DNA of 63,314 bases, counting the filler, from Choristocarpus tenellus KU-1152 (Eukaryota > Protista > Phaeophyceae): the NCBI GenBank assembly GCA_964200185.2. It is 12 parts of 12 records of this genome, joined end to end, with 100 filler letters (N's around TTAATTAATTAA, not from the genome) between each part and the next. Parts side by side here need not be neighbours in the genome. Positions count along the whole stretch, not along the records: positions 60,666 to 63,314 come from CAXNAD020025973.1; 11 more parts are not named here. One strand, given 5' to 3'. The notes beneath the pieces were generated by a model that was not told the origin of the DNA, made no database searches, and was given only the letters and a program-made list of their open reading frames with translations. The position numbers and the translations under genes were made by a program. Shown here piece by piece: positions 61,989 through 63,314 of the stretch (the stretch's first letter is position 1; every line of letters starts with the position of its first letter).

Positions 61989-63015
61989 ATGTCCAGCATT
62001 CGCTCAACAACAACCCACCCGCCCGCCGATGGCGCTGCCCACGGATCGAGAACGTGGGACTGCAATCTGAAGGGCATGTCCTTGCTCCAAGAGCATCATT
62101 ACCTCGGCACGTACCGGATGAAACTCGGCAACATCACATGCACGTAGATAGTGCGTTCCCTGAGCGAGCGTGGCCTTGCGTGCGTCACCAAGTCTATACA
62201 GGAGAAAGACTGGCTGGAGCAGTTTGCTCCATCTGTTGTAATCAAGCGAAACTGTTTAGGTAATGGGGACCAGCTTAATGCCGAAACTACGCTTGCCATT
62301 CAAGGATGTACACTGGACGGAAACCATAGAATAACGGTGCTGAAGAGAGAGTTTGATCCCGAACGCGCTTTCATGATGCGGGTCTACATGGAGTTCAACC
62401 AAGCAGAAGAGAGGCTAATTGTCAACGGTGGGTGATGGAGTGTTTTCGTTGTTCCATAATCGCCTGACTATTCTGATCAACTAATCAACAAAGTAAGTTG
62501 AGAATCATCACGTTGTTCCATGATCGCCTGACCATTCTGATCAACTAAGCAACAAAGTAAGTTGAGTGTTTTCGTTGTTCCATGATCGCCTGACTATTCT
62601 GATCAACTAAACAGCAAAGCAAGTGTAGAGTTTTCTTTTGTTCCATGATCGCCTGATGACTATTCTGATGTACGAAGTTGTTTCTGAGTTTCCTTTGCTT
62701 AGTTCATTGTCAGTCAGCCCCTTGTGGGTCTTTTCGTTATTCATCTTTTTTATCCCTCGAGGTCTTTCTGTCCACAGCAACATGTTGCTCAGTACTGCAT
62801 GACGCGTGTGTCCCACGACCGCTCCCCACCTAACCCTTGTCCCATTCTCCCACTGCACTGCCACGCTTATAGCAGTCAACGACGCGACCGAGAGTGTGGT
62901 TGAGCGCACGCAATACGATAAGATATATTTTCAGCACGAGCTCGAAGAAGCTATCAAGCGACAGATGAAGAAAAAAGAAGTGTCACTAATAGAGATCCGC
63001 AAAATGTACAAAAAG
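61989..63015 (+). pseudogene. Spliced ParB/Sulfiredoxin-like domain gene with one in-frame TAG (3' end outside window)
   Basis: Exons 61989-62427 and 62873-63015 (phase 1, GT-AG, CTAAC branch point); VRSLSERGLACVTKSIQEKDW..PSVV..TLDGNHRITVLK..LIVNAVNDATE..TQYDKI; TAG at 62145-62147. Confidence 0.7.
62438..62668. repeat. About 63-bp tandem repeat x3.5 in the intron of the ParB-like gene
   Basis: GTTCCAT(A/G)ATCGCCTGA..ATTCTGAT at 62451, 62515, 62577, 62640. Confidence 0.9.
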
Positions 63016-63314
63016 GTGAGGGAGTTGTCAATGTTGGTGGGATGGTTGTGCTCTACTCCTCCTCTAGTTGGGTTACAGCTGTTGTAAAATCTCTCTGTGT
63101 CCTCCTATTCAACCTAAGTTCAGATAGTTATCCCGCGTTTAGGAACCCTGTCAACCAACTTATTGATTTTCGGGTGGCCATATAGTATGTGTGTGTGGTT
63201 AACCACAGACGTACAATAAAAATCGTCCTTGATTGTTTTATCGAAGGTGTTGCCTGAACCCCCCCCTCCCCCACACACACACATACATACCCCGTTGGCG
63301 TGGAAATAACGATG

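Noticed and set aside
57600-62147. Stop-codon reassignment or selenocysteine to explain in-frame TGA/TAG
   Set aside because: Intact host genes (RSPH9, RCBTB-like) terminate at TGA and have no internal stops; C>T decay is the simpler explanation
1-63314. Fanzor/TnpB, giant-virus core genes, rRNA or prokaryotic operons
   Set aside because: No RuvC/zinc-finger, capsid, polymerase or rRNA signatures recognised; no long intronless ORFs

Overview
Eukaryotic nuclear DNA, not prokaryotic. The window holds 12 apparently unrelated 2.6-9 kb contigs joined by 11 artificial 100-nt linkers (N44-TTAATTAATTAA-N44). Intron-rich genes, a flagellar radial-spoke gene, TTAGGG motifs and TE protein motifs suggest a flagellated stramenopile, probably the brown-algal lineage or a close relative (inference). 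Manually spliced partial genes: RSPH9, a TPR-like uncharacterised protein, an EF-hand + HELP/WD40 EML-like protein, an RCC1+BTB protein, a conserved stramenopile membrane protein, and a spliced ParB/Srx-like gene with one in-frame TAG. The rest is TE debris (Ty3/Gypsy, RTE LINE, pogo-like, probable Helitron) and about 25 copies or ends of three related MITE families sharing the terminal core Gnnn(C/G)AAAGTA, with 4-bp or 3-bp target duplications. The best novelty candidate is speculative: large relatives of these TIR elements may carry DNA-modification-like cargo (a degenerate amino-methyltransferase-like ORF, an AlkB-like pseudogene, possibly the ParB-like gene). Also notable are strong CpG depletion in gene bodies, telomere-repeat insertions inside MITEs, and a 57-nt exon whose donor and acceptor flanks are both tandemly amplified. 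All protein family calls are by-eye motif recognition; no searches were run.
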